A DNA stretch of 64,000 nucleotides from the IMG/VR virus record IMGVR_UViG_3300027917_004314; one strand, written 5' to 3'. Shown here piece by piece: positions 27,797 to 37,404 of the stretch. The DNA comes from a virus (taxonomy: Duplodnaviria; Caudoviricetes). Under the pieces are notes generated by a model. That model saw nothing but the letters and a program-made list of their open reading frames with translations. It searched no databases and was not told the origin of the DNA. A program made the translations under genes and the position numbers. Within the stretch, counting starts at the first letter, position 1. Every line of letters starts with the position of its first letter.

Positions 27797-30670
27797 ATGG
27801 CAACCAGACGTCTAGACGTAGATGTTCCACGCGTGAATTGGTTTGATGGATTGAGCGTTACTGAAGATGATATGGATGATGAGCAAAGTAGAAATATTGG
27901 CATAGATGCCGCGACCGTGAATAATTTTTTCGGCAGCGGTGTGCTTAACCATTCTTTAGCTGATACGACATTTTTGGACACCGATTCGCTCAATTCACAG
28001 CAACAGGCGTTACTAGATGCTTATTCATTTGACGGACAAAACGTTTATATAGGTTCATCCCTTACAAGTGTATCCGACGAGGTACAGGGTGTGCAAATTG
28101 CGGTGACGCTTACAGGTGTAGATTTGGATGGAACGGAATCTACAAAAGTGTCTATCATAGGAGATGAATTTGGAGATAACCTTATTCATGATGATTTAAT
28201 ATTCCATGAAAATGGCACTCAAATAACAAGAGGTAGATATAATAACCTGCGCTCCATCATATTTAACGACTTTTCCGGCAATCTGAGGGGTAGCCGCGCC
28301 CCAGCAAGAGAGTCATCAGATGTATATGAAGAGCTGGTCGGAAGGTGTGTAGTTCGCGAAGCTCGTTCACTAGAAGTGTCACCAGATCCTATAATTGCCT
28401 CACAAATGGACCAACCAACCAGGTTTTTTAATAGTTTCTCGCCGGCACAGGTTGGTGACACTGTAAGCTCTATGCTACAGGATGCCATTGGAGCCGACAA
28501 ATCTGTTGCTGACCTTGGTATTGGATTTTTGGCAACAGCCTCTAGATCGTTAGCGCCTAATGATGTGAGCACGATGGTTGGCCAGAAATTTCTGGCTAAT
28601 GGGTCTAACATACAAAAAGTATCTATTTTGCTATCAGTGAAGGAAGATACTACTGTTCTTCCTGCCGATGCCTATAACTGGTCTGGCTCAATTACTATGA
28701 CCATATATGAACTGCAGACTGATGTGTCATGTCCGACTGACCCAGTACCAGATAATGCCGTTGATTTTGATCCAAATCCAACAATAATTACACAACTTTC
28801 ACTGGATAGTGATGACTTAGAGAAACAAGGAGTTGTGCTGACAGATGGATATGATGCATACCAAATTGTTGACTTTGTGTTTACAGGCTCTCCCGTCTCT
28901 GATCCGCTGCGGACAGCAATTGAAACCGACAGATATTATGCTATAGCAGTCCACAGGTCCGGTGACACTAGTGTGGGCACGTTGGTGTTGGCAGAAGTTC
29001 CCCACCAGGTGACACATGGATATATGATAGTATACGACGGAATCCAATGGGTAAATGTGACTGACAGTGATATGTGGTTTGCAATATATGGCGATTATGT
29101 CAAAATGGCGGATGGCATTGGATATGATGAGGGTGTTGGAGTGGAAGTTCCAAAGATTAAAGAAGACGATACCAACACAGAAGTGCCGTATGTAGAGGGG
29201 TTCCATTCATATTATACAGTGACAAGAGATGCATATAATTATGTAATTATGGAGACTCAAAACGAGTTTTCTGACCCCGTGCAAGATCAGAGAACCGGCA
29301 ATAATGTTTACTCTAGAATTACTCCTATGCCGTCGTTTTCGCTTAACAGTTCTTCACAGCTTTCATCCCTTTTGGTGTCAGAACCATCTCCTGTAATGCT
29401 GGCGTGTGCAAGAGATCAGAATGCCAGGGGCAACCCTGCTTCCATCACTGGCACAATGGATTTGATTGGATTAGTAACTAGCAATGAGCTTAATATGTTA
29501 AACCCCGATGCGGATCTGTTAAATAATAATTTGGTGGGCTCTACGATAAAACCGGATAGTGCTGGGTGTACTACAGAATACAGGATTATAAGTGCTACTG
29601 AAGTCGACGATGCTTATGGCGATACAAACGGTGACGGCGAAATAGGCACAAACGATTACACACTTATAGATGATTGGCTGAGCAAATATAATGTTTATTT
29701 AATAACACTGCCGGTTGGTTATCAGAAAATAAGTGCATCAGATGCATATTTCCAAGGTGAAATTGCGGACGGAGAGCTAGATGTGTTGCAACTGCTCAGG
29801 GCTGATGTAAATGACGATGGTTATGTTGGGGCCGATGACTCTGCACTAATACAATCTTTTGTAAATAGAGAGATTTCAACGTTTCCGGCAGGGTCTACAT
29901 TTCCAAGATTGAATATAAAAGTCGAAAGCATACTTGATCCGCTTACTACAAGCGTGAATATCCCAGCTACGTGTCCTGGGTATTCTACTGCGCCATATAG
30001 CGTTTTGACCTGGGAGATAGATTATTTCGCCACATGGATACCAGATTTGTTAGTTGTACAGGACACCAGAAGAGAAATGCCAACCACTTTTACTGATGAT
30101 GTTGCGGCATGTGATGGTGGAAAAAATAATTTCTTTGTGCCGGGAGATCTGGTAATTGGTGAGCTGCAACTTAACCCAGACGGGACACATTATTCTGTAG
30201 ATTTCGAAATGAATCATTTGTCGTTAGATATTCCAATCACGGATTCATATGGTAACGCAACTTTTGTCGATGGCTATACAGGAATACTATTGTTTGACAA
30301 TTTTGTGGCCGAAACTTCAAACGGAAAAACGTTTTCTGGTTTTGATGCAATGAAATACGCTGATGGTACATATGTGCAGTTGACTGATTTTGCAGATGGT
30401 AAAGTTAAAATTGCTCCGTGTATACAATCAACAGCCAACGGCTTTGACGCACCTTTTGGTAGTATAATAGAAGATATTGTCGGAATGTATTATGACCCTG
30501 CTACGTCGCTAATGACTTTATACCTCGATAATCTTTTCGATGATGGTTATGAATCACGTCCAGCGCTTAGTACAAAAATTCTTGTATCGGTATATCTAAA
30601 AAGGGCTGGGTTTAAAAATGACACAAGAACGGTAACTATGGGCCAAATGAGAACATTGCTCGACATATAA
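27797..30670 (+). CDS. Baseplate/tail-fibre attachment protein with dockerin-like Ca2+-binding pair
   Basis: N-terminal RVNWFDG..VTEDDMDDEQ resembles the R.NYF.GQ.L...D...EQ start of contractile-system baseplate/fibre proteins; two dockerin-like repeats internally. Confidence 0.6.
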   Translation: MATRRLDVDVPRVNWFDGLSVTEDDMDDEQSRNIGIDAATVNNFFGSGVLNHSLADTTFLDTDSLNSQQQALLDAYSFDGQNVYIGSSLTSVSDEVQGVQIAVTLTGVDLDGTESTKVSIIGDEFGDNLIHDDLIFHENGTQITRGRYNNLRSIIFNDFSGNLRGSRAPARESSDVYEELVGRCVVREARSLEVSPDPIIASQMDQPTRFFNSFSPAQVGDTVSSMLQDAIGADKSVADLGIGFLATASRSLAPNDVSTMVGQKFLANGSNIQKVSILLSVKEDTTVLPADAYNWSGSITMTIYELQTDVSCPTDPVPDNAVDFDPNPTIITQLSLDSDDLEKQGVVLTDGYDAYQIVDFVFTGSPVSDPLRTAIETDRYYAIAVHRSGDTSVGTLVLAEVPHQVTHGYMIVYDGIQWVNVTDSDMWFAIYGDYVKMADGIGYDEGVGVEVPKIKEDDTNTEVPYVEGFHSYYTVTRDAYNYVIMETQNEFSDPVQDQRTGNNVYSRITPMPSFSLNSSSQLSSLLVSEPSPVMLACARDQNARGNPASITGTMDLIGLVTSNELNMLNPDADLLNNNLVGSTIKPDSAGCTTEYRIISATEVDDAYGDTNGDGEIGTNDYTLIDDWLSKYNVYLITLPVGYQKISASDAYFQGEIADGELDVLQLLRADVNDDGYVGADDSALIQSFVNREISTFPAGSTFPRLNIKVESILDPLTTSVNIPATCPGYSTAPYSVLTWEIDYFATWIPDLLVVQDTRREMPTTFTDDVAACDGGKNNFFVPGDLVIGELQLNPDGTHYSVDFEMNHLSLDIPITDSYGNATFVDGYTGILLFDNFVAETSNGKTFSGFDAMKYADGTYVQLTDFADGKVKIAPCIQSTANGFDAPFGSIIEDIVGMYYDPATSLMTLYLDNLFDDGYESRPALSTKILVSVYLKRAGFKNDTRTVTMGQMRTLLDI
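29612..29863 (+). other. Dockerin type I-like duplicated Ca2+-binding motif
   Basis: AYGDTNGDGEIGTNDYTLI and RADVNDDGYVGADDSALIQSFV fit GD[VL]NxDGx[VI]xxxDxxxh. Confidence 0.7.
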
Positions 30671-30686
30671 TTCGGAGGTTTAAGAG

Positions 30687-32300
30687 ATGGTAACTGCATC
30701 TATAGTAATTTCGCAGGCCGGTAACCCGCCACCTGGTGGTTATGTTAGCGGCAGCAGAACAGACCTAGATACATCTGGGTTGGTAACTTTAACTAATGAG
30801 GATAATACTGGCGTTATATCATGGACATGGAAACTTATATCTATACCTGATGGTTCCTCGGTATCTTTATCTGGCGGCGCCACTTCTACGGCCACTTTTA
30901 CACCAGATGTAGATGGCTCATATTTGATACAACTTGCTGTAAACGGACATATTAAAGCTAGAGCAGTGGGCTCTGTTTTAACGTCTAATAATATTAGACT
31001 TATTGCGCGTGGAGAAACAGATGAGGTCGAAGGTAGCTGGACTCAGGCTGTGAACAACAATTTTGTTTTGTTAGAGGCGCTCGGCGCTGGTGGTGTTGGG
31101 GCACATGCTCTTGGTGGTTCAGTGCATACTGCCGATTCGCTTGCTGACCTTAATTCGAAAATTTCGGATGCTACACTGGATGATTCTAGTAATTCTAGAC
31201 CACCATCTGGCTCTGCGGGAGGACAGTTGGGCGGGACATATCCTAACCCAGACGTGCGTGGTATAAGGGAAACTAGTGGACCAACTTTGTTGACCATTGG
31301 TTCCATTGCAGATGGAGAGGTGCTGACAAGAAGTGGTTCTACTCTCACTAGTACCGCTGGCGGAGGTGCTGGTAACACTCTCGATCAGGCCTATGATGAG
31401 GGCGGCGGCGGAGTAGGCAGATCAATTACTGTAGATTCTGGCCCAGTTTTTATGGATGCTAGTGGTGCTGGAGCACTACAACTTGATGGATATCTTACCA
31501 TAAAAGAAATATCATCGCCAAGCGCATTAGGATCAAGCGGTCTTGTATACTCTAAAGACGTCTCATCAATTTCTGAACTGTTTTATATGGATGACGGTGG
31601 CCAAGAAATACAAATTACTGATAATGGCTCTGTTGTTGGCGGAGGTGCTGGTAATACACTTAATCAAGCTTATGATCAGGGAGGAGCGGGTGCTGGTAGG
31701 TCAATCACAGTGGATGCCGGCCCAGTTTTTATGGATGCTAGTGGTGCTGGAGCATTACAACTTGATGGATATCTTACCATAAAAGAAATATCATCGCCAA
31801 GTGCATTAGGATCAAGCGGTCTTGTATATTCCAAAGACGTCTCATCAATTTCTGAACTGTTTTATATGGATGACGGCGGGCAGGAAATACAAATTACCAG
31901 TAATGGAGCGGTGTCTGGTGGTGGTGGTGGCGGAGACGGATATGGTGACAGATTCTTAATTTTTTCTGATGATACAGAATTTACAGAAACAAGTAGCAGC
32001 CCAGTAACCAAAAAAACTTTTCGTCTGGTGAATGATTCTGATCAAGCTGCTACAACATATCGAATAGTTGTAGGGATTTGGGGAGAGACTGGTGATACCG
32101 CAAGGTGTACGTTTGTAGTAGATAGCACTAGTAATTATGCAGAGACTACTGCGACTTCGGAAACTATTAAGTCAATTGAGGTTACTGCAACTGCCACTGA
32201 AGACGACCCTATGACGGTAAATATTCAGTTATCCAGATCAGTGGGCAGCACAGACGATGTACATATAAAATATACAGATGTTTATGCAATTTTCTCATAA
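30687..32300 (+). CDS. Tail fibre/appendage protein with PKD-like N-domain and duplicated 93-aa module
   Basis: [13 protein letters not shown]...[19 protein letters not shown] (PKD/Ig-like); [11 protein letters not shown] fibre-type motif; two copies of [14 protein letters not shown]...QEIQIT.NG. Confidence 0.65.
   Translation: MVTASIVISQAGNPPPGGYVSGSRTDLDTSGLVTLTNEDNTGVISWTWKLISIPDGSSVSLSGGATSTATFTPDVDGSYLIQLAVNGHIKARAVGSVLTSNNIRLIARGETDEVEGSWTQAVNNNFVLLEALGAGGVGAHALGGSVHTADSLADLNSKISDATLDDSSNSRPPSGSAGGQLGGTYPNPDVRGIRETSGPTLLTIGSIADGEVLTRSGSTLTSTAGGGAGNTLDQAYDEGGGGVGRSITVDSGPVFMDASGAGALQLDGYLTIKEISSPSALGSSGLVYSKDVSSISELFYMDDGGQEIQITDNGSVVGGGAGNTLNQAYDQGGAGAGRSITVDAGPVFMDASGAGALQLDGYLTIKEISSPSALGSSGLVYSKDVSSISELFYMDDGGQEIQITSNGAVSGGGGGGDGYGDRFLIFSDDTEFTETSSSPVTKKTFRLVNDSDQAATTYRIVVGIWGETGDTARCTFVVDSTSNYAETTATSETIKSIEVTATATEDDPMTVNIQLSRSVGSTDDVHIKYTDVYAIFS
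31359..31916 (+). repeat. Tandem 279-bp intragenic duplication
   Basis: Units start at 31359 and 31638; cores 31440-31597 and 31719-31876 differ at only about 4 synonymous C/T positions. Confidence 0.9.
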
Positions 32301-32317
32301 TAGGAGGTAGTTCAAAT

Positions 32318-33436
32318 ATGGCTTGGACAGCAACTGGAGGTGGAGACCATGGTGGGGATGATTGGATTATAACCGTTCCAACGGACGTTGGAGGAACACA
32401 TACCGGCGTTGGAATTTTTAGACTGCAAGCAGCTATTACTGTCATATCAAGTTTTTCTATATCGTGTGTCGAAATGCAAAAGACCGGCACTCCATGGTCA
32501 ACTAGCGGTGTCGTTACTGTCACTGCCACCAGATCAATTGATATATATAGACATTCATCAAACGGTGGCAATGGTAGTAACGGAGCCTATGCCGGTGGAA
32601 CTGCTGGCGCAAGTGGTGGTAGTGGCGGAACTGGCTCGCCAGGTGGTGAGTGTGGCGAATGTTGTAACGGTAATACTGGTGGTCTTGGAGGCCCTGGTCT
32701 TAACGGCGGTGGCGACACTCCAGCTGGAAATGGTGGTGTGGGGGGTAGCGGAACTGCCGGTGGTTCTGGTAGCAACATCACACTAACTGCAGTTAAGATC
32801 AGCTATGACACTCTATCTTGTTCTGGCGGTTCTGGCGGCAATGGTGGAAGCGCGCCAGGCGGTTATGGTGGTTCTGGCGGCAATGGCGGCAATGGTGGTA
32901 CTGGTGGAGATGCAGAAGATATTGGATGTCCTGGCACGCCGTTCGACGGTGGCGATGGTGGGCAGGGTGGAGATGGCGGCAATGGCGGGCAGGGTGGCAA
33001 TGGTGGCTATGGCGGCAATGGCGGTTCTGGCGGCAATGGCGGCAATATTACTTTACGCCATGGACTCCCCGCTAGCACCTACTTAAATGTAGTTGTCGGT
33101 TATTACAATAATGGTGGGTCCGGTGGTAGCGCAGGTACTGCAAGTGCTGGCAGTGGCGGTGCCCTTGGTTTAGGAGGATATGGTGGCTCCGGTGGCAGTG
33201 GCATTAATGGAGGCTCTAACGGAAATACTGGAGCACAAGGTACCAACGGAAATAACGGTTCTTCTGGTAGTCCGGGCTATGGTGGGAGTCCAGGTGGTAG
33301 TGGTAGCAATGGAACATACAGAGATAGCGAGTGGACAGGACCAGGTGGTCCAACTGAAACAGTTGCTATGGACGGACGCGCTATTTATCAAGAAGGTGGG
33401 TCTTATGTACAACGTTTTAGGACATCCTTTTTCTAA
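32318..33436 (+). CDS. Glycine-rich (GGxGGxGG) putative tail adhesin
   Basis: 372 aa dominated by GGNGG/GGSGG/GGYGG repeats, with ECGECC motif; last gene of the structural block; AGGAGG RBS. Confidence 0.6.
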   Translation: MAWTATGGGDHGGDDWIITVPTDVGGTHTGVGIFRLQAAITVISSFSISCVEMQKTGTPWSTSGVVTVTATRSIDIYRHSSNGGNGSNGAYAGGTAGASGGSGGTGSPGGECGECCNGNTGGLGGPGLNGGGDTPAGNGGVGGSGTAGGSGSNITLTAVKISYDTLSCSGGSGGNGGSAPGGYGGSGGNGGNGGTGGDAEDIGCPGTPFDGGDGGQGGDGGNGGQGGNGGYGGNGGSGGNGGNITLRHGLPASTYLNVVVGYYNNGGSGGSAGTASAGSGGALGLGGYGGSGGSGINGGSNGNTGAQGTNGNNGSSGSPGYGGSPGGSGSNGTYRDSEWTGPGGPTETVAMDGRAIYQEGGSYVQRFRTSFF

Positions 33437-33457
33437 GATTAAAGTAATAAGTTTTAT

Positions 33458-33488
33458 AAAGGGAGAGCAGAAATGCTCTCCCTTTTTT
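33458..33488 (+). terminator. Rho-independent terminator ending the tail module
   Basis: AAAGGGAGAGCA-GAAA-TGCTCTCCC-TTTTTT: 9-bp stem, GNRA loop, U6 tract. Confidence 0.9.
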
Positions 33489-33570
33489 CTGTAAATAAGA
33501 TAGCAGATGTGCACCTTAAATCTATTAATAAAATTTCATTATTGTGTCAGTTTTCTTTAGGAGATGGAGT

Positions 33571-33792
33571 ATGGATGAAAAATTAAGTAAAAACAGCAAT
33601 ATACGTAAGCAAATTAACATCCGTTTAGAAAAGGAACTCTATGATTTTCTCGTACAGTATTCAAGAGACAATTATAAAACGGTAACCGCAACGGTTCGTG
33701 AAATGATAGCTGCTCTATATAAAGAGCATAAACAGCCAGTCGTGGTTAATGAGCGTGGTGAGATAGTACCAGTTAATAAAAAAGGAAGATAA
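33571..33792 (+). CDS. Ribbon-helix-helix (Arc/CopG-like) DNA-binding protein
   Basis: RKQINIRLEKELYDFLVQYSRDNYKTVTATVREMI fits the RHH beta-strand + two-helix pattern; ATG 33571 after AGGAG (track start 33544). Confidence 0.75.
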   Translation: MDEKLSKNSNIRKQINIRLEKELYDFLVQYSRDNYKTVTATVREMIAALYKEHKQPVVVNERGEIVPVNKKGR

Positions 33793-33794
33793 AT

Positions 33795-36700
33795 ATGAAA
33801 ATTAGAGTTCACGGGATGTTAGGAACTTATCACTCATGGTCGCTAACTACACAGGCTTTAGTACGTGCTATGGTAAAGATCGGCGGCCATGAAATATTCC
33901 TAAAATCTACAAACAATCTAGAGAACTTTCCAGAAGATTTGAAAGATTTGTTGCTTCCGGGATATCATGGTGCCCTAGTTCAAGGGGATGCTAATTATAT
34001 TGATGGGCAAGGCAATGAAATAACAATTACGCCGAAAAATAGAGAACCGGAAATCAGAGACTTAAACAGGCCTTATGATTTGGAATTTTGTTATACGATC
34101 CCCTACCAACATCCAAGACGATTTTATCCAGAATCAAGGTGTAGGGCCGTTGTATGGAACTTTGAAAGCTCTATTTTACCACCTGGCTGGCATTATTATT
34201 CCAGAGCAGTCGACTATATGCTTCCATCTAGCCAATTTTCATACGACATATTCGCTCAAAATGGTATACCAGAAGAAAAACTTGTTGTGGTGCCACACGG
34301 TGTAGACACCAACATATTTAATCCTGATATTCCTCCGTTCAAGTTAAAGACTAAGAAACGGGTGAAATTATTACATAATGCTATTCCACATCACAGAAAG
34401 CTACATGAAAGGGTTATTAAAGGATATATCGATACGTTTACTGGCAATGACGATGTATGCTTAGTGCTCAAAACAAAATTTGTGAAGCCACCCAAGGAAA
34501 AGCCGTTTGAAGTAGATGTTAAAGAAATTCTTACCAAAGCTTTGCAGGGAAAAAGAAACCCACCAGAAATCGAAGTAATTAATGACAAATTTATTTCAAA
34601 TATAGGGTCTCTTTATACTGCCTGTGATGCTGTAGTTAGTATGAGTTCCACTGAAGGGTTTTGCCTGTTGCCAGGTACGCCCGTGGATACAATTTATGGC
34701 ACAGAGTCAATAGAAAATTTATCAACAATAGATCAGGTTTATACTCACCTTGGAAACGCAAAATATATTTCATCGGTAATGAGCCGTAATATTGACGAGG
34801 AAATTGTAAAGATGAGACGTCATGGCTGTGATGATTATTTTTGCGGTACGATCAACCATCCTCATTTGGTAGTGAAAAGAAAAAACAAGAAATTTTCTAC
34901 GTTAAAAAAAGACATGAGAGAAGGAAAACTTGAAACACAATGGGTTGGTTTAAAAGACGTGGAAAAAGGAGATTTAGTGGTTATTGCTAAGCCTAAATTA
35001 AATTTTCCGCCCCAAACAACAATAGATTTAAAAGATCATCTGCTTTGGTCAACTTTTGAAGAAAAAAACGGCAAAATTTGGCTGAAAGGAAGTTTTAAAA
35101 AAAGCAGTGGAAATAGTTCTCTGCGCGAAATAGCAAAACGTGCGGGTTGTTCTATTCAACATGCGTCGCAAGTGGTAAATGTGGGCACACATTCTAATAC
35201 CGATTTTAACAAAAATATAATTAAAATAGCAAAAGAGCTTAAATATGTAAAACCACAGCCAATTAAGTTCAATCGGTTTATTAAAATTGACAGTGTATTG
35301 GCCCAATTTTTTGGGTTATATATAGCAGAAGGCTCGGTTTCCGGCCTGAACGCGAAATCTTTTAACATAAATTTGCACGATGATGAAAATTATGGGAAGG
35401 ATTTAGTTAGATCCATATGTAAGCGTTTTGATATGCCGTTTTGTGAAATTAAATATGGAAAAAAATACCAACTTTCTGGGTCAAGTCACATTTTTTCCAT
35501 ACTACTCTCTCGCTTATTTGGTTCTAACGCACTTAACAAAATGATACCGTTTGCTATGTTAAACACTTCTTTTATTAAAGATATTATTCATGGCATATTT
35601 TATGGCGATGGAAGCGCGTCCAGAGGAAAATATTCATTTTCAACGTCTTCTCGCACATTGCGCGACCAAATTTTTCAAGTACTTTTGCACCATGGCATTT
35701 TTTCTAATTTAAGAACAGACAGACGTAGGGAACATGAAAACTACATAATAGAAATAGCTAGCACCTATAACGAAAAATTCAGTGACTTTGCAAATCCAGT
35801 AAAATACACTAAAAAAATAAAATTATTGAATACAAACAAAAACAGTGCAATAATTGAGGGTCGTGACCATTTCCTAGTTCCAGTCAGAGATGTTTATAAA
35901 GAGCACCACAAAGGTACAGTATATAACTTGGAAGTGGAAGATGACTCAACTTTCAATTCCTTAGGTATGAGCACACACAACTGTCTCCCTCTCCTCGAAG
36001 CTCTGGCGTGCGAAAAACTAATAATTGCCCCCAGACACGGCGGCCAACTCGATTTTCTTAACGACGAAAATTCTATACTAGTAGACACAGGTGAAATGCA
36101 GGCTCCCGCAACCATGCAGTATTGGGGTTATATGAAAGGCGCCGTTGTAGGCGATCCAGATATAGAACATTACAAGGAAATGTTAAAACACGTATATGAC
36201 AATCTTGACGAAGAAAAAAATAGAATACGTGAACCGGCTAAGAAAACCGTGAACAAGTTCACCTGGGAAGCTGCCGCGCAAATGATTTTGGATCTCCCAA
36301 TACCCGAAAAAAGTTTTAAGCTTCATAGCAAAAAAAGAGTTCTATATATAGTTCCATATAAGATGGTTGGTGGTGGGGAAGTGTGGATTAGAGAAGCCAT
36401 ATCCAGGTTAGATAGAGCAAAATATGAGCCACATGTGGCCTTGGTTTCGGGCTCGTCGCCCGAATTAGAAAAGCTGTTTGAAGGATTGGGCATAACCATA
36501 GAAGATTTATCTAACAATCTAACAAAAGATGGTGCTTTAAAGTGCTTAATAGAAGCCGGCAACTACGATATTATTCATTTTTATAATAGTGTTGGCGTGT
36601 ATAGAATAATACGAGAAGCGTGTCGTCAAATGGGGTTTCGTGGTCGTGTCGTAGAAACCGTACACAGTGAATTATTGTGGGCTGATTCTATGTCTAAAGT

Positions 36701-37400
36701 GTCCTCACGCGAGCAATTTGTTAGTGTTATTGCGGCTGTATCAAACGCTATGGCACGGAAACTTCTAAGCATGGGCAACAAAAATGTGGTATCTATGCCC
36801 CAACATGTAGATTGGAACAGGTTTCTTAATCTTGAAAGATCTAAAGATATTTTAGAAAAACACAGCATTCCAAAAAATTTTGTTGTAGGTTTTGTTGGCA
36901 GATTGTCCCCAGAAAAAAACATACCGGCTTTACTAGAGTGCGCTAGAATACTTCGCGACGTGTCTTTTGTTGTGATCGGAGACGGGCCTCAAAAAGAGCC
37001 TCTTAGCCAGATAGCCAGAGAGCTAAAGAATGTTTTCTTTATGGGCCGAAGGACAGATTTAGAACGCTGGTACCCAGCATTTGATCTGCTAATGTTGCCT
37101 TCAACAATGGAAGGTATGCCATTAGTGGTATTAGAAGCCATGGCTTCGGGAACACCAGTTGTGGCGTCAGACGTCGGCGCAATGTCGGAAGTTGTTTTAG
37201 ATGGCATTACCGGTAGTTTGGTGTGGAACCCAAAGAATCCGGTTTTATTTGCTAATGTGATTAAATCCTTTAAAACAAATAGCGTCTTGTGGAATAGGTG
37301 CTCTGCTAACGCTAGAATGGTGGCTGCATCTCTCAGAGAAAAATCTAATGGATTTAATATAAATCATCTTTATAGAATGCTTGAAGGAGGGGGCAACTAA
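33795..37400 (+). CDS. Tandem GT4 (GT-B) glycosyltransferase containing an intein
   Basis: Module 1: VVVPHGVD, CLVLKTK, EGF/CLPLLEALAC after splicing. Module 2: VGFVGRLSPEKN, EGMPLVVLEAMASGTPVVASDVG. Confidence 0.9.
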   Translation: MKIRVHGMLGTYHSWSLTTQALVRAMVKIGGHEIFLKSTNNLENFPEDLKDLLLPGYHGALVQGDANYIDGQGNEITITPKNREPEIRDLNRPYDLEFCYTIPYQHPRRFYPESRCRAVVWNFESSILPPGWHYYSRAVDYMLPSSQFSYDIFAQNGIPEEKLVVVPHGVDTNIFNPDIPPFKLKTKKRVKLLHNAIPHHRKLHERVIKGYIDTFTGNDDVCLVLKTKFVKPPKEKPFEVDVKEILTKALQGKRNPPEIEVINDKFISNIGSLYTACDAVVSMSSTEGFCLLPGTPVDTIYGTESIENLSTIDQVYTHLGNAKYISSVMSRNIDEEIVKMRRHGCDDYFCGTINHPHLVVKRKNKKFSTLKKDMREGKLETQWVGLKDVEKGDLVVIAKPKLNFPPQTTIDLKDHLLWSTFEEKNGKIWLKGSFKKSSGNSSLREIAKRAGCSIQHASQVVNVGTHSNTDFNKNIIKIAKELKYVKPQPIKFNRFIKIDSVLAQFFGLYIAEGSVSGLNAKSFNINLHDDENYGKDLVRSICKRFDMPFCEIKYGKKYQLSGSSHIFSILLSRLFGSNALNKMIPFAMLNTSFIKDIIHGIFYGDGSASRGKYSFSTSSRTLRDQIFQVLLHHGIFSNLRTDRRREHENYIIEIASTYNEKFSDFANPVKYTKKIKLLNTNKNSAIIEGRDHFLVPVRDVYKEHHKGTVYNLEVEDDSTFNSLGMSTHNCLPLLEALACEKLIIAPRHGGQLDFLNDENSILVDTGEMQAPATMQYWGYMKGAVVGDPDIEHYKEMLKHVYDNLDEEKNRIREPAKKTVNKFTWEAAAQMILDLPIPEKSFKLHSKKRVLYIVPYKMVGGGEVWIREAISRLDRAKYEPHVALVSGSSPELEKLFEGLGITIEDLSNNLTKDGALKCLIEAGNYDIIHFYNSVGVYRIIREACRQMGFRGRVVETVHSELLWADSMSKVSSREQFVSVIAAVSNAMARKLLSMGNKNVVSMPQHVDWNRFLNLERSKDILEKHSIPKNFVVGFVGRLSPEKNIPALLECARILRDVSFVVIGDGPQKEPLSQIARELKNVFFMGRRTDLERWYPAFDLLMLPSTMEGMPLVVLEAMASGTPVVASDVGAMSEVVLDGITGSLVWNPKNPVLFANVIKSFKTNSVLWNRCSANARMVAASLREKSNGFNINHLYRMLEGGGN
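34662..35981 (+). mobile_element. Intein with LAGLIDADG homing endonuclease (440 aa)
   Basis: Starts CLLPGTPV (block A); GTINHPHLV (block B); FFGLYIAEGS and HGIFYGDGS (LAGLIDADG); VYNLEVEDDSTF...THN followed by +1 Cys. Confidence 0.95.
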
Positions 37401-37404
37401 TTGA

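Larger units (their letters stand above)
1..33436 (+). other. Contractile (myovirus-type) tail morphogenesis module of a large phage
   Basis: Gene order sheath-tube-tube-chaperone(G/GT frameshift)-tape measure-tube initiator-hub-spike-gp25-baseplate J-wedge-fibres, all + strand, several with coupled TAATG junctions. Confidence 0.9.

Noticed and set aside
31440-31876. Diversity-generating retroelement TR/VR pair
   Set aside because: Mismatches are synonymous C/T in both directions rather than A-specific, both copies are in-frame within one gene, and no reverse transcriptase is in the window.
14590-31943. DGY explained as FG-GAP/DxDxDG calcium-loop repeats
   Set aside because: Only the dockerin site has the preceding DxNx pattern; other sites lack it and are not spaced like propeller blades. 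Beta-turn preference remains a partial alternative.
1-33436. Extracellular contractile injection system (eCIS/PVC/Afp) instead of phage tail
   Set aside because: Two tubes fit eCIS, but the G/GT-type frameshifted chaperone is phage-typical and no Afp15-like AAA+ ATPase or Afp16-like cap gene is visible. It cannot be fully excluded because capsid genes are outside the window.
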